Assembly (NCBI GenBank): GCA_964016885.1
Contig: OZ024764.1
Location: 29,264,001 to 29,328,000 of the forward strand
Source: Eledone cirrhosa
Taxonomy: Eukaryota
Direction of reading: 5' to 3'
DNA: 64,000 nt
The notes under the pieces are model-generated. The model saw only the letters and a list, made by a program, of their open reading frames with translations, did not search any database and was not told the origin of the DNA. Shown here one piece after another: positions 13,937 through 26,996 of the stretch. Positions within the stretch are counted from its first letter, which is position 1. Each line of letters starts with the position of its first letter. Both the position numbers and the translations under genes were made by a program.

Positions 13937-13971
13937 GTGAATGTATCTTGATTCCTTTAGAAAAGGATATT

Positions 13972-14129
13972 TCAATGGTCTTGTGGGTTAGTTGCTACCT
14001 TCAGTTGGCTGGTTGCTACCTTCAGTTGGCTGGTTTGTACCTTCAGTTGGCTGGTTTCTAACTTCAGTTGGCTGGTTTCTACCTTCAGTTGGCTGGTTTC
14101 TACCTTCAGTTGGCTGGTTGCTGCTTGCC
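13972..14129 (-). other. NOP9: NOP9 putative terminal exon (3' UTR, or alternative coding C-terminus with a 21-bp/7-aa repeat)
   Basis: gttatttcag| acceptor at 14130, AATAAA downstream, and six copies of a 21-bp unit. Confidence 0.5.
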
Positions 14130-14293
14130 CTGAAATAACACAGGAAATACACACATCAATTATATAATTAACCCTTTCATTAACTTATTTCTAATGGAAC
14201 ATACCTTAACAAAGGTTTTTAAATAAAAATAAAAGCTCTTCATGAGTAGAATCTTAAATATCGAACTGTTGAAGACAAACCCAGATATTACCA

Positions 14294-14516
14294 TAACCCT
14301 TTAGCATTTAAACCAGCCATATCTGGCCAGAATTCTCTCACCCTTTTCTGTTCAAACCAGCTATAACCAGCTGCTCATACTTAAGGTATTGGTCACAAAA
14401 TAAATAACATCAAAATCTCATAGATTTGATATTATGTGAGATAATTATGTGAAATAAAGTGTTTACCATGAAAATATAATAGTATATATAGAGTAATGTA
14501 AATGTTAAAGGGTTAA
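14294..14516 (-). mobile_element. Same MITE, unamplified copy (about 220 bp, single unit)
   Basis: taaccctttagcatttaaacc at one end and taaatgttaaaggg-TTAA at the other. Contains one copy of the 72-bp unit sequence. Confidence 0.75.
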
Positions 14517-17000
14517 CTCTTTTATTCCCATATTTCTAATGAAAGACACTGTTGGTGTTTGGAACCTAACTTAACAAAGGTTCTTACATAAAATTATGAT
14601 GGAAGGTTTTTAGATAAATATAAACACTTTAACCCTTTCATTACCATATTTCTAATGAAAGACACTGTTGGTGTTTGGAACCTAACTTAACAAAGGTTCT
14701 TACATAAAATTATGATGGAAGGTTTTTAGATAAATATAAACACTTTAACCCTTTCATTACCATATTTCTAATGAAAGACACTGTTGGTGTTTGGAACCTA
14801 ACTTAACAAAGGTTCTTACATAAAATTATGATGGAAGGTTTTTAGATAAATATAAACACTTTAACCCTTTCATTACCATATTTCTAATGAAAGACACTGT
14901 TGGTGTTTGGAACCTAACTTAACAAAGGTTCTTACATAAAATTATGATGGAAGGTTTTTAGATAAATATAAACACTTTAACCCTTTTATTACCATATTTC
15001 TAATGAAAGACACTGTTGGTGTTTGGAACCTAACTTAACAAAGGTTCTTACATAAAATTATGATGGAAGGTTTTTAGATAAATATAAACACTTTAACCCT
15101 TTCATTACCATATTTCTAATGAAAGACACTGTTGGTGTTTGGAACCTAACTTAACAAAGGTTCTTACATAAAATTATGATGGAAGGTTTTTAGATAAATA
15201 TAAACACTTTAACCCTTTCATTACCATATTTCTAATGAAAGACACTGTTGGTGTTTGGAACCTAACTTAACAAAGGTTCTTACATAAAATTATGATGGAA
15301 GGTTTTTAGATAAATATAAACACTTTAACCCTTTCATTACCATATTTCTAATGAAAAACACTGTTGGTGTTTGGAACCTAACTTAAAGGTTCTTACATAA
15401 AATTATGATGGAAGGTTTTTAGATAAATATAAACACTTTAACCCTTTCATTACCATATTTCTAATGAAAGACACTGTTGGTGTTTGGAACCTAACTTAAC
15501 AAAGGTTCTTACATAAAATTATGATGGAAGGTTTTTAGATAAATATAAACACTTTAACCCTTTCATTACCATATTTCTAATGAAAGACACTGTTGGTGTT
15601 TGGAACCTAACTTAACAAAGGTTCTTACATAAAATTATGATGGAAGGTTTTTAGATATATATAAACACTTTAACCCTTTCATTACCATATTTCTAATGAA
15701 AGACACTGTTGGTGTTTGGAACCTAACTTAAAGGTTCTTACATAAAATTATGATGGAAGGTTTTTAGATAAATATAAACACTTTAACCCTTTCATTACCA
15801 TATTTCTAATGAAAGACACTGTTGGTGTTTGGAACCTAACTTAACAAAGGTTCTTACATAAAATTATGATGGAAGGTTTTTAGATAAATATAAACACTTT
15901 AACCCTTTCATTACCATATTTCTAATGAAAGACACTGTTGGTGTTTGGAACCTAACTTAACAAAGGTTCTTACATAAAATTATGATGGAAGGTTTTTAGA
16001 TAAATATAAACACTTTAACCCTTTCATTACCATATTTCTAATGAAAGACACTGTTGGTGTTTGGAACCTAACTTAACAAAGGTTCTTACATAAAATTATG
16101 ATGGAAGGTTTTTAGATAAATATAAACACTTTAACCCTTTCATTACCATATTTCTAATGAAAGACACTGTTGGTGTTTGGAACCTAACTTAAAGGTTCTT
16201 ACATAAAATTATGATGGAAGGTTTTTAGATAAATATAAACACTTTAACCCTTTCATTACCATATTTCTAATGAAAGACACTGTTGGTGTTTGGAACCTAA
16301 CTTAACAAAGGTTCTTACATAAAATTATAATGGAAGGTTTTTAGATAAATATAAACACTTTAACCCTTTCATTACCATATTTCTAATGAAAGACACTGTT
16401 GGTGTTTGGAACCTAACTTAACAAAGGTTCTTACATAAAATTATGATGGAAGGTTTTTAGATAAATATAAACACTTTAACCCTTTCATTACCATATTTCT
16501 AATGAAAGACACTGTTGGTGTTTGGAACATAACTTAACAAAGGTTCTTACATAAAATTATGATGGAAGGTTTTTAGATAAATATAAACACTTTAACCCTT
16601 TCATTACCATATTTCTAATGAAAGACACTGTTGGTGTTTGGAACATAACTTAACAAAGGTTCTTACATAAAATTATAATGGAAGGTTTTTAGATAAATAT
16701 AAACACTTTAACCCTTTCATTACCATATTTCTAATGAAAGACACTGTTGGTGTTTGGAACCTAACTTAACAAAGGTTCTTACATAAAATTATGATGGAAG
16801 GTTTTTAGATAAATATAAACACTTTAACCCTTTCATTACCATATTTCTAATGAAAGACACTGTTGGTGTTTGGAACATAACTTAACAAAGGTTCTTACAT
16901 AAAATTATGATGGAAGGTTTTTAGATAAATATAAACACTTTAACCCTTTCATTACCATATTTCTAATGAAAGACACTGTTGGTGTTTGGAACATAACTTA
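14513..17000. repeat. 119-bp satellite, about 21 copies, each unit beginning TTAACCCTTT
   Basis: Unit ttaaccctttcattaccatatttctaatgaaagacactgttggtgtttggaacc... Single or partial copies occur at about 4998, 14168 and 21083-21195. Confidence 0.93.
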
Positions 17001-17356
17001 TTCTTCTGGAGGCTCCAGTAGATTAACCTCCCGTTAATACATAATGCAGTGTCAAGGGATGCAATTCATAAAAGACGTCAATACAGTAATCTCCCCTTAA
17101 AGTATTAAGGGAAGCAATTCATAAAAATTCCTACCAAGGTTGACAAAGGTTCTTACATAAAATTATGATGGAAGATTTTGTCGGATAGATAGAGGGGTGA
17201 TGTCAGTGTTAACTGCTGTCATCACCACCATCAACATTTTATACTTGTTTCTCCAGGTGAATCGGCAGAGTTGTTAGAACGTTGGATAGCATTCATTTCA
17301 GCTCTCCAATCTCTGAGTTGAAATACCGCCTAGGTCAACTTTGCCTTTCAATCCAT

Positions 17357-18986
17357 TTAACCCTTTAGCATTTACATTACTCTATATATACTATTGTGTT
17401 TATGTAGTAAAGGCTTTACCTCACATAATATCTCACAACATTTACATTACTCTATATATACTATTGTATTTTCACAGTAAAGACTTTACCTCACATAATA
17501 TCTCACATAACATTTACATTACTCTATATATACTATTGTATTTTCACAGTAAAGACTTTACCTCACATAATATCTCACATAACATTTACATTACTCTATA
17601 TATACTATTGTATTTTCACAGTAAAGGCTTTACCTCACATAATATCTCACACAACATTTACATTACTCTATATATACTATTGTATTGTCACAGTAAAGGC
17701 TTTACCTCACATAACATTTACATTACTCTATATATACTATTGTATTTTCACAGTAAAGGCTTTACCTCACATAATATCTCACATAACATTTACATTACTC
17801 TATATATACTATTGTATTTTCACAGTAAAGTCTTTACCTCACATAACATTTACATTACTCTATATATACTATTGTATTTTCACAGTAAAGGCTTCACCTC
17901 ACATAATATCTCACATAACATTTACATTACTCTATATATACTATTGTATTTTCACAGTAAAGGCTTCACCTCACATAATATCTCACATAACATTTACATT
18001 ACTCTATATATACTATTGTATTTTCACAGTAAAGACTTTACCTCACATAATATCTCACATAACATTTACATTACTCTATATATACTATTGTATTTTCACA
18101 GTAAAGGCTTCACCTCACATAATATCTCACATAACATTTACATTACTCTATATATACTATTGTATTTTCACAGTAAAGGCTTCACCTCACATAATATCTC
18201 ACATAACATTTACATTACTCTATATATACTATTGTATTTTCACAGTAAAGACTTTACCTCACATAATATCTCACATAACATTTACATTACTCTATATATA
18301 CTATTGTATTTTCACAGTAAAGGCTTCACCTCACATAATATCTCACATAACATTTACATTACTCTATATATACTATTGTATTTTCACAGTAAAGACTTTA
18401 CCTCACATAATATCTCACATAACATTTACATTACTCTATATATACTATTGTATTTTCACAGTAAAGGCTTTACCTCACATAATATCTCACATAACATTTA
18501 CATTACTCTATATATACTATTGTATTTTCACAGTAAAGACTTTACCTCACATAATATCTCACATAACATTTACATTACTCTATATATACTATTGTATTTT
18601 CACAGTAAAGGCTTTACCTCACATAATATCTCACATAACATTTACATTACTCTATATATACTATTGTATTTTCACAGTAAAGGCTTTACCTCACATAATA
18701 TCTCACATAACATTTACATTACTCTATATATACTATTGTATTTTCACAGTAAAGACTTTACCTCACATAATATCTCACATAACATTTACATTACTCTATA
18801 TATACTATTGTATTGTCACAGTAAAGGCTTTACCTCACATAATATCGAATCTATGAGATTTTGATGTTATTTATTTTGAGAATAATACCTTAACATCAGT
18901 ATGAGTAGCAAGTTACAGCCGGTTTGAACAGAAAGAAGTGAGAGAATTAAGGCCGGATATGGTCGGTTTAAATGCTAAAGGGTTGA
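17357..18986 (+). mobile_element. Same MITE, about 21 units, inserted into a SINE
   Basis: TTAA-ccctttagcattta to taaatgctaaaggg-TTGA, with SINE halves on both sides. Confidence 0.78.
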
Positions 18987-19450
18987 GGTTGATAAAAAAA
19001 GTACCAGTTTAGTACTGGGGTTGATTCTTCCTCTATATCTCATTCTCACTTCCATGCTTTCACTCTATCTCTCCTTCTATGGAAGAAATCTGCTGTATTC
19101 AGACCTGAAGAGGAGATGGGTTCCACCAGGTTTAATAAATGCCCTAGAAATGCTGTATGTGAATATGGCACACCGATGTCTCCCTCAGAACTTATGGGTC
19201 CATACCATACCTCCATGCTTGTTTACTATCAGGTCTCAAATAATCATCCCCACTCCACTTATTAATTTTTCAGATTTTTTTCCACCCCGATATGTAAACT
19301 AAACGACTAATTCTGGTTTTTAAAAAAAAAATAATTAACAAAGACAACCTAAGGAAATGATCGATTTTCCACCCCCAGCTTATAACACTCCACTCATCAC
19401 CCCACCACACCAGTATAAGATAAAATACTTACATCCCGCTGTTTTCCACT

Positions 19451-19479
19451 TCATTTCACTCTCTGACTTTTGTTTTCAT
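19451..19479 (-). CDS. NOP9: NOP9 short exon carrying the stop codon (exon extends to 19433)
   Basis: tttctctctag| acceptor. In phase it gives DENKSQRVK* (TGA 19453-19451). A |gtaagt donor lies 18 nt after the stop. Total CDS 1998 nt, 665 aa. Confidence 0.65.
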
Positions 19480-19567
19480 CTAGAGAGAAAAATAGATTTA
19501 ATTATAGAGCAACAGACAAAGTAGACTGCCCCTCTCTCTCACTTTCACAGCCCTATCAACATGCTGC

Positions 19568-19977
19568 TGTTACAGCTCACACTTATGTAGGTTTAGCTGG
19601 CCTCCTACAAGGTTGTATCTCATAGCAGGTTTCTCAGTTGTTTTAATGATAGGGACCTAAATCCTAACATGTTGTTACAGCTCACACTTATGTAGGTTTA
19701 GCTGGCCTCCTACAAGGTTGTATCTCATAGGAGGTTTATCTGGTGTTTTAATGATAGTGACCCCAGTCCTATCATGTTGTTACAGCTCACACTTATGTAG
19801 GTTTAGCTGGCCTCCTACAAGGTTGTATCTCATAGCAGGTTTCTCAGTTGTTTTAATGATAGGGACCTAAATCCTAACATGTTACAGCTCACACTTATGT
19901 AGGTTTAGCTGGCCTTCTACAAGGTTGTATCTCACAGGTTTCTTGGGTGTTTTAATGATAGGGTCCCTAACTCTAAC
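19568..19977. repeat. About 105-bp tandem repeat, 4 copies
   Basis: tgttacagctcacacttatgtagg at 19568, 19673, 19778 and 19880. Confidence 0.9.
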
Positions 19978-20047
19978 ACTTAGTCCCTTTCCTCAATAAC
20001 CACAGCCCCTCTCCACCCTCCACACAAAACAGTAACCCCCTACTTAC

Positions 20048-20303
20048 CTAAGATGTCAGCAAATATCTTCCGTTTTGTGGTGTTTACACTCTGCTTCGAT
20101 GTCCACTTCTTGTTATTGTGCATAAACAAGTGCAGCTGCAAGTTGTTGAAGACAAACACGCCGTAGAAGTGTTTGTGCAGCTGGACACTGTTTTTGCTCA
20201 GTTGGTCAGCTACCTTGACCTTCTGTTGGTAGGTCAAGTGGTTCCACATTGATTGACATGTTCGGCTGCCAAATTTAGAGCAGGCCATCTTTAACAGCAA
20301 CGG
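20048..20303 (-). CDS. NOP9: NOP9 exon
   Basis: ttcttcag| acceptor and |gtaagt donor. Encodes MACSKFGSR...W...KRKIFADILG. Phase 0 to 1. Confidence 0.88.
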
Positions 20304-20316
20304 CTGAAGAACAGAA

Positions 20317-21081
20317 GGTAGTTGTGGTAGTGGTAGTAGCGGTGGTGGTGGTGGTAGTAGTGGTAGTGGTGGTGGTAGTAATGGTAGTAGCGGTGGTGGT
20401 GGTAGTAGTGGTGGTGGTGGTGGTTGTGGTATGGTAGTGGTGGTTGTGGTATGGTAGTGGTGGTTGTGGTAGTAGCGGTGGTGGTGGTGGTAGTAGTGGT
20501 GGTAGTGGTGGTATGGTAGTGGTGGTGGTGGTAATGGTACTAGCGGTAGTGGTGGTGGTGGTAGTAGCGGTGGTGGTTGTGGTGGTGGTAGTAGTAGCGG
20601 TGGTGGTGGTGGTGGTGGTAGTGGTGGTAGTAGTGGTGGTGGTGGTATGGTGGTAGTGGTAGTAGCGGTGGTAGTAACGGTGGTGGTGGTAGTAGTAGTA
20701 GTGGTAGTGGTAGTAGTGGTGGTGGTAGTAGTGGTAGTAGTGGTGGTGGTGGTTGTGGTAGTGGTAGTAGTGGTGGTGGTTGTGGTAGTAGTGGTGGTGG
20801 TAGTGGTAGTAGTGGTGGTGGTGGTATGGTAGTGGTGGTAGTGGTAGTAGTGGTGGTTGTGGTAGTAGTGGTTGTAGTGATAGTAGTGGTGGTGGTGGTA
20901 GTGGTGGTGGTATGGTGGTGGTGGTGGTAGTAGCGGTGGTAGTGGTGGTGGTAGTAGCGGTGGTAGTAGTAGTAGCGGTGGTGGTGGTGGTTGTGGTATG
21001 GTAGTGGTGGTGGTAGTGGTAGTAGTGGTGGTGGTAGTGGTGTAGTGATGGTGGTGGTGGTAGTTGTGGTAGTAGTGGTGG
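20317..21081. repeat. Compound (GGT/AGT)n trinucleotide tract
   Basis: Visible directly in the sequence, intronic in NOP9. Confidence 0.95.
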
Positions 21082-21436
21082 ATTTTTAGATAAATATAAA
21101 CACTTTAACCCTTTCATTACCATATTTCTACTGAAAAATACACTGTTGGTGTTTGGAACATAACTTAACAAAGGTTCTTACATAAAATTATGACAGAAAC
21201 AGTTTTACCAGGGGTTGTTTCAGGTGGGTCGGGAGATGATGTCAAAAGTGTTAAATATTGTTTAATGGTTTCTTATATAGGCACAAGGCCAGCAATTTGG
21301 GGAGGGGGGAAAGTCGATTAAATCGACCCCAGGGTATTACTGGTACTTTATTTTATCGACCCAGTAAGGATGAAAGGCAAAGTTTACCTTCACCGTTAAA
21401 TATTGTTAATGAAGAGAAATATCTAACGAGGCTCAC

Positions 21437-21721
21437 CTGAAGGATACCGAGTAAGTTATCTTTCTCGTTATCTGAGATGGTAACACTCTCAAAGAACTGG
21501 GTTAGGATGTACTGACCCTGGAAATCACATGCTAAGTCCAGCAGGTTTTCATCAGAGAGTCCGAAGAAGCTTGACACAATAATCTGAGGGTTCGAGAACT
21601 TCAGCAATGTTTGAATAAGAATAGAGCCATGGATATCACTCGGATGTGGTAGAGTGGTAGAACTTCCATCTTGACGGTTCTGGTGAGCGCTGTGCTGTTT
21701 GTTGTGGTCTGTTTCTGAAGC
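21437..21721 (-). CDS. NOP9: NOP9 exon
   Basis: aatgcag| acceptor and |gtgagc donor. Encodes HGSILIQTLLKFSNP...LACDFQG. Phase 0 to 0. Confidence 0.88.
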
Positions 21722-21773
21722 CTGCATTAATAAATAAACACACACACATATAGAAACATTATATATACTAGCA

Positions 21774-22153
21774 GAGGGCGGTGAATTGGCAGTATCGGTA
21801 GAGGGTCAGACATGCTTTCTAGCATAGTTACGTCCCTTTACGATCCGAGTTCAAATCCCGCCGAGGTTGACTTTGCCTTTCATCCTTACGAAGTCGATAA
21901 AATAAAGTACCAGTAATATACTGGGTAATTGCTGGCCTTGTGCCAAAAAGTAGAAACAATTATTCGAAGGGGGGATTGGCAGTATCAGTAGAGGGTCGGA
22001 CGCCATGCTTTGACGCATAGTTACGGCCCTTGCCATTCTGAGTTCAAATCCCGCCGAGGTTAACTTTGCCTTTCATCCTTACGGGGGTCGATAAAATAAA
22101 GTACCAGTCATGCACTGGTTAATTACTGGCCTTGTGCCAAAAGTAGAAACAAT
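21774..22153 (+). mobile_element. Two tandem tRNA-derived SINEs (family A)
   Basis: A box tggcagtatcggtag, B box gagttcaaatccc, body ttaactttgcctttcatccttacgg..gtcgataaaataaagtaccag, tail ggccttgtgccaaaagtagaaacaa. Confidence 0.88.
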
Positions 22154-22199
22154 TATATATACTAGCAGAAAAACCACCCTTCCGGTAGTTTTCTGCTAG

Positions 22200-25100
22200 C
22201 ATGTGTAGTGTGTATATTGGTATTATACACAAGTATATAGACATGTAGATATGATACATGTGTAGTGTGTATATTGATATTATGCACAAGTATATAGACA
22301 TGTAGATATGATACATGTGTAGTGTGTATATTGATATTATACACAAGTATATATACATGTAGATATGATACATGTGTAGTGTGTATATTGATATTATACA
22401 CAAGTATATATACATGTAGATATGATACATGTGTAGTGTGTATATTGGTATTATACACAAGTATATAGACATGTAGATATGATACATGTGTAGTGTGTAT
22501 ATTGATATTATACACAAGTATATATACATGTAGATATGATACATGTGTAGTGTGTATATTGGTATTATACACAAGTATATATACATGTAGATATGATACA
22601 TGTGTAGTGTGTATATTGGTATTATACACAAGTATATATACATGTAGATATGATAATGTGTAGTGTGTATATTGATATTATACACAAGTATATATACATG
22701 TAGATATGATACATGTGTAGTGTGTATATTGATATTATACACAAGTATATATACATGTAGATATGATACATGTGTAGTGTGTATATTGATATTATACACA
22801 AGTATATATACATGTAGATATGATACATGTGTAGTGTGTATATTGATATTATACACAAGTATATATACATGTAGATATGATACATGTGTAGTGTGTATAT
22901 TGGTATTATACACAAGTATATATACATGTAGATATGATACATGTGTAGTGTGTATATTTATATTATACACAAGTATATATACATGTAGATATGATACATG
23001 TGTAGTGTGTATATTGATATTTTACACAAGTATATATACATGTAGATATGATACATGTGTAGTGTGTATATTGATATTTTACACAAGTATATATACATGT
23101 AGATATGATACATGTGTAGTGTGTATATTGGTATTATACACAAGTATATATACATGTAGATATGATACATGTGTAGTGTGTATATTGATATTATACACAA
23201 GTATATATACATGTAGATATGATACATGTGTAGTGTGTATATTGATATTATACACAAGTATATATACATGTAGATATGATACATGTGCAGTGTGTATATT
23301 TATATTATACACAAGTATATATACATGTAGATATGATACATGTGTAGTGTGTATATTGATATTTTACACAAGTATATATACATGTAGATATGATACATGT
23401 GTAGTGTGTATATTGATATTATACACAAGTATATAGACATGTAGATATGATACATGTGTAGTGTGTATATTGATATTATACACAAGTATATATACATGTA
23501 GATATGATACATGTGTAGTGTGTATATTGATATTATACACAAGTATATATACATGTAGATACGATACATGTGTAGTGTGTATATTGGTATTATACACAAG
23601 TATATATACATGTAGATACGATACATGTGTAGTGTGTATATTTATATTATACACAAGTATATATACATGTAGATATGATACATGTGTAGTGTGTATATTG
23701 GTATTATACACAAGTATATATACATGTAGATATGATAATGTGTAGTGTGTATATTGATATTATACACAAGTATATATACATGTAGATATGATACATGTGT
23801 AGTGTGTATATTGATATTATACACAAGTATATATACATGTAGATATGATACATGTGTAGTGTGTATATTGATATTATACACAAGTATATATACATGTAGA
23901 TATGATACATGTGTAGTGTGTATATTGATATTATACACAAGTATATATACATGTAGATATGATACATGTGTAGTGTGTATATTGGTATTATACACAAGTA
24001 TATATACATGTAGATATGATACATGTGTAGTGTGTATATTTATATTATACACAAGTATATATACATGTAGATATGATACATGTGTAGTGTGTATATTGAT
24101 ATTTTACACAAGTATATATACATGTAGATATGATACATGTGTAGTGTGTATATTGATATTTTACACAAGTATATATACATGTAGATATGATACATGTGTA
24201 GTGTGTATATTGGTATTATACACAAGTATATATACATGTAGATATGATACATGTGTAGTGTGTATATTGATATTATACACAAGTATATATACATGTAGAT
24301 ATGATACATGTGTAGTGTGTATATTGATATTATACACAAGTATATATACATGTAGATATGATACATGTGCAGTGTGTATATTTATATTATACACAAGTAT
24401 ATATACATGTAGATATGATACATGTGTAGTGTGTATATTGATATTTTACACAAGTATATATACATGTAGATATGATACATGTGTAGTGTGTATATTGATA
24501 TTATACACAAGTATATAGACATGTAGATATGATACATGTGTAGTGTGTATATTGATATTATACACAAGTATATATACATGTAGATATGATACATGTGTAG
24601 TGTGTATATTGATATTATACACAAGTATATATACATGTAGATACGATACATGTGTAGTGTGTATATTGGTATTATACACAAGTATATATACATGTAGATA
24701 CGATACATGTGTAGTGTGTATATTTATATTATACACAAGTATATATACATGTAGATATGATACATGTGTAGTGTGTATATTGATATTTTACACAAGTATA
24801 TATACATGTAGATATGATACATGTGTAGTGTGTATATTGGTATTATACACAAGTATATATACATGTAGATATGATACATGTGTAGTGTGTATATTGATAT
24901 TATACACAAGTATATATACATGTAGATATGATACATGTGTAGTGTGTATATTGATATTATACACAAGTATATATACATGTAGATATGATACATGTGTAGT
25001 GTGTATATTTATATTATACACAAGTATATATACATGTAGATATGATACATGTGTAGTGTGTATATTGATATTTTACACAAGTATATATACATGTAGATAT

Positions 25101-25905
25101 GATACATGTGTAGTGTGTATATTGATATTATACACAAGTATATATACATGTAGATATGATACATGTGTAGTGTGTATATTGATATTTTACACAAGTATAT
25201 ATACATGTAGATATGATACATGTGTAGTGTGTATATTGATATTATACACAAGTATATAGACATGTAGATATGATACATGTGTAGTGTATATATTGATATT
25301 ATACACAAGTATATATACATGTAGATATGATACATGTGTAGTGTGTATATTGATATTATACACAAGTATATATACATGTAGATATGATACATGTGTAGTG
25401 TGTATATTGATATTATACACAAGTATATATACATGTAGATATGATACATGTGTAGTGTGTATATTTATATTATACACAATTATATATACATGTAGATATG
25501 ATACATGTGTAGTGTGTATATTGATATTTTACACAAGTATATATACATGTAGATATGATACATGTGTAGTGTGTATATTGATATTATATACAAGTATATA
25601 TACATGTAGATATGATACATGTGTAGTGTGTATATTGATATTATACACAAGTATATATACATGTAGATATGATACATGTGTAGTGTGTATATTGATATTA
25701 TACACAAGTATATATACATGTAGATATGATACATGTGTAGTGTGTATATTTATATTATACACAAGTATATATACATGTAGATATGATACATGTGTAGTGT
25801 GTATATTGATATTTTACACAAGTATATATACATGTAGATATGATACATGTGTAGTGTGTATATTGATATTATACACAAGTATATATGCATGTAGATATGA
25901 TACAT
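22200..25905. repeat. 57-bp satellite, about 65 copies, with a 1082-bp higher-order duplication
   Basis: Unit catgtgtagtgtgtatattgatattatacacaagtatatatacatgtagatatgata. The variant pattern repeats at offset 1082. Confidence 0.95.
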
Positions 25906-26296
25906 CAAATAACACCGTAATTTACAATATACACAGAAATTGAACAAAGACTGCGTTACACTGTCTTATGTAATCAATAAAGTAATCCATGATACATTAA
26001 AAAAAGACGATATTATATATAAACTGCATTAGGAGAAAATTAGTGACGGAAATATATGAATATTTATTTAAGCGATCGCTAACAGGAAGTGTTGACATTT
26101 GAAAATTTTGAAGAAGTGAATCTTAAAAGAAGTAATAAAATATATTTAATGAACAGCCACAAAATTTAGTAGGGAATTATGTAATATTCATTCATTATTT
26201 ATTCAAAGTAATCCAACTTTATTTTACTAATGGGGTAAAAAAAATGATAAACCGTACGCAGCCCCGCGCTTCTAGCAGAAAAACCGCCCTTTAAGT

Positions 26297-26488
26297 AATG
26301 GTTTCTACTTTTGGCACAAGGCCAGCAATTATCCCAGTGCATTACTGGTACTTTATTTTTTCGACCCTGTAAGGATGAAAGGCAAAGTTAACCTCGGCGG
26401 GATTTGAACTCAGATCATAAAGGGCCGTAACTCTATGCTGCAAAGCATGGTGTTCGACCTTCTACCGATACTGCCAAACCACCGCCTG
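26297..26488 (-). mobile_element. SINE family A
   Basis: Reverse complement of the same head, body and tail. Confidence 0.88.
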
Positions 26489-26543
26489 CTTTGCTTGACG
26501 GGTTGCCTTACAGTTATTACAATACAGTAACAGCGATACTCAC

Positions 26544-26663
26544 GGGGATGGTTGAAGGCTCGTCAGGATTCAAGTAAATCTCATAGGTCTTCATGGTCAG
26601 CAGGAGAAGAACAAAATACTTCCTCTTTTCCTCGTCAGAGCAATGGAAAGCATTCATCAATGA
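26544..26663 (-). CDS. NOP9: NOP9 exon
   Basis: cccacag| acceptor and |gtgagt donor. Encodes SLMNAFHCSDEEKRKYFVLLLLTMKTYEIY (AFHC motif). Phase 0 to 0. Confidence 0.85.
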
Positions 26664-26946
26664 CTGTGGGATGACAAACAGACAGACATAAAAGTTAGAG
26701 AGACAGAGATAGCTTTATATATACATAACGAAGGAAATGTGGTAAGGAACCAGGTGGACCATAACGCACCAGAGTACTCAATACTTAGGGTAGTAGAGTG
26801 GGTAATAGGAATCTTGAACATTTTCCTATATATATATCATCATCATCACCGTTTTACGTCTGTTCTTCCATGCTAGCATGGGTTAGACGGGTTGTCCTGA
26901 TGTGGGCAGTGTCTGGTCGGCTGACCATGCCTTACTCATACAGGAA

Positions 26947-26996
<50 letters not shown>

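Noticed and set aside
12668-13951. His/Thr/Tyr/Ile-rich ORFs (also at 6594-6987)
   Set aside because: (CA)n/(TA)n microsatellites in UTR or intron.
7160-17000. Regular arrays resembling CRISPR
   Set aside because: Units are contiguous with no unique spacers, there are no cas genes, and the context is eukaryotic.
20275-21171. Mucin-like poly-Thr/Pro/His ORF, and similar ORFs at 27723 and 29499
   Set aside because: Trinucleotide and low-complexity intronic repeats.
21774-21860. tRNA-like A and B boxes (also at other SINE heads such as 53210)
   Set aside because: These are SINE heads continuing into SINE body, with no complete cloverleaf.
22119-25947. Many overlapping ORFs with YTCRYDTCVVC or HTTHVSYLHV repeats
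   Set aside because: 57-bp satellite, open in several frames on both strands, intronic in NOP9.
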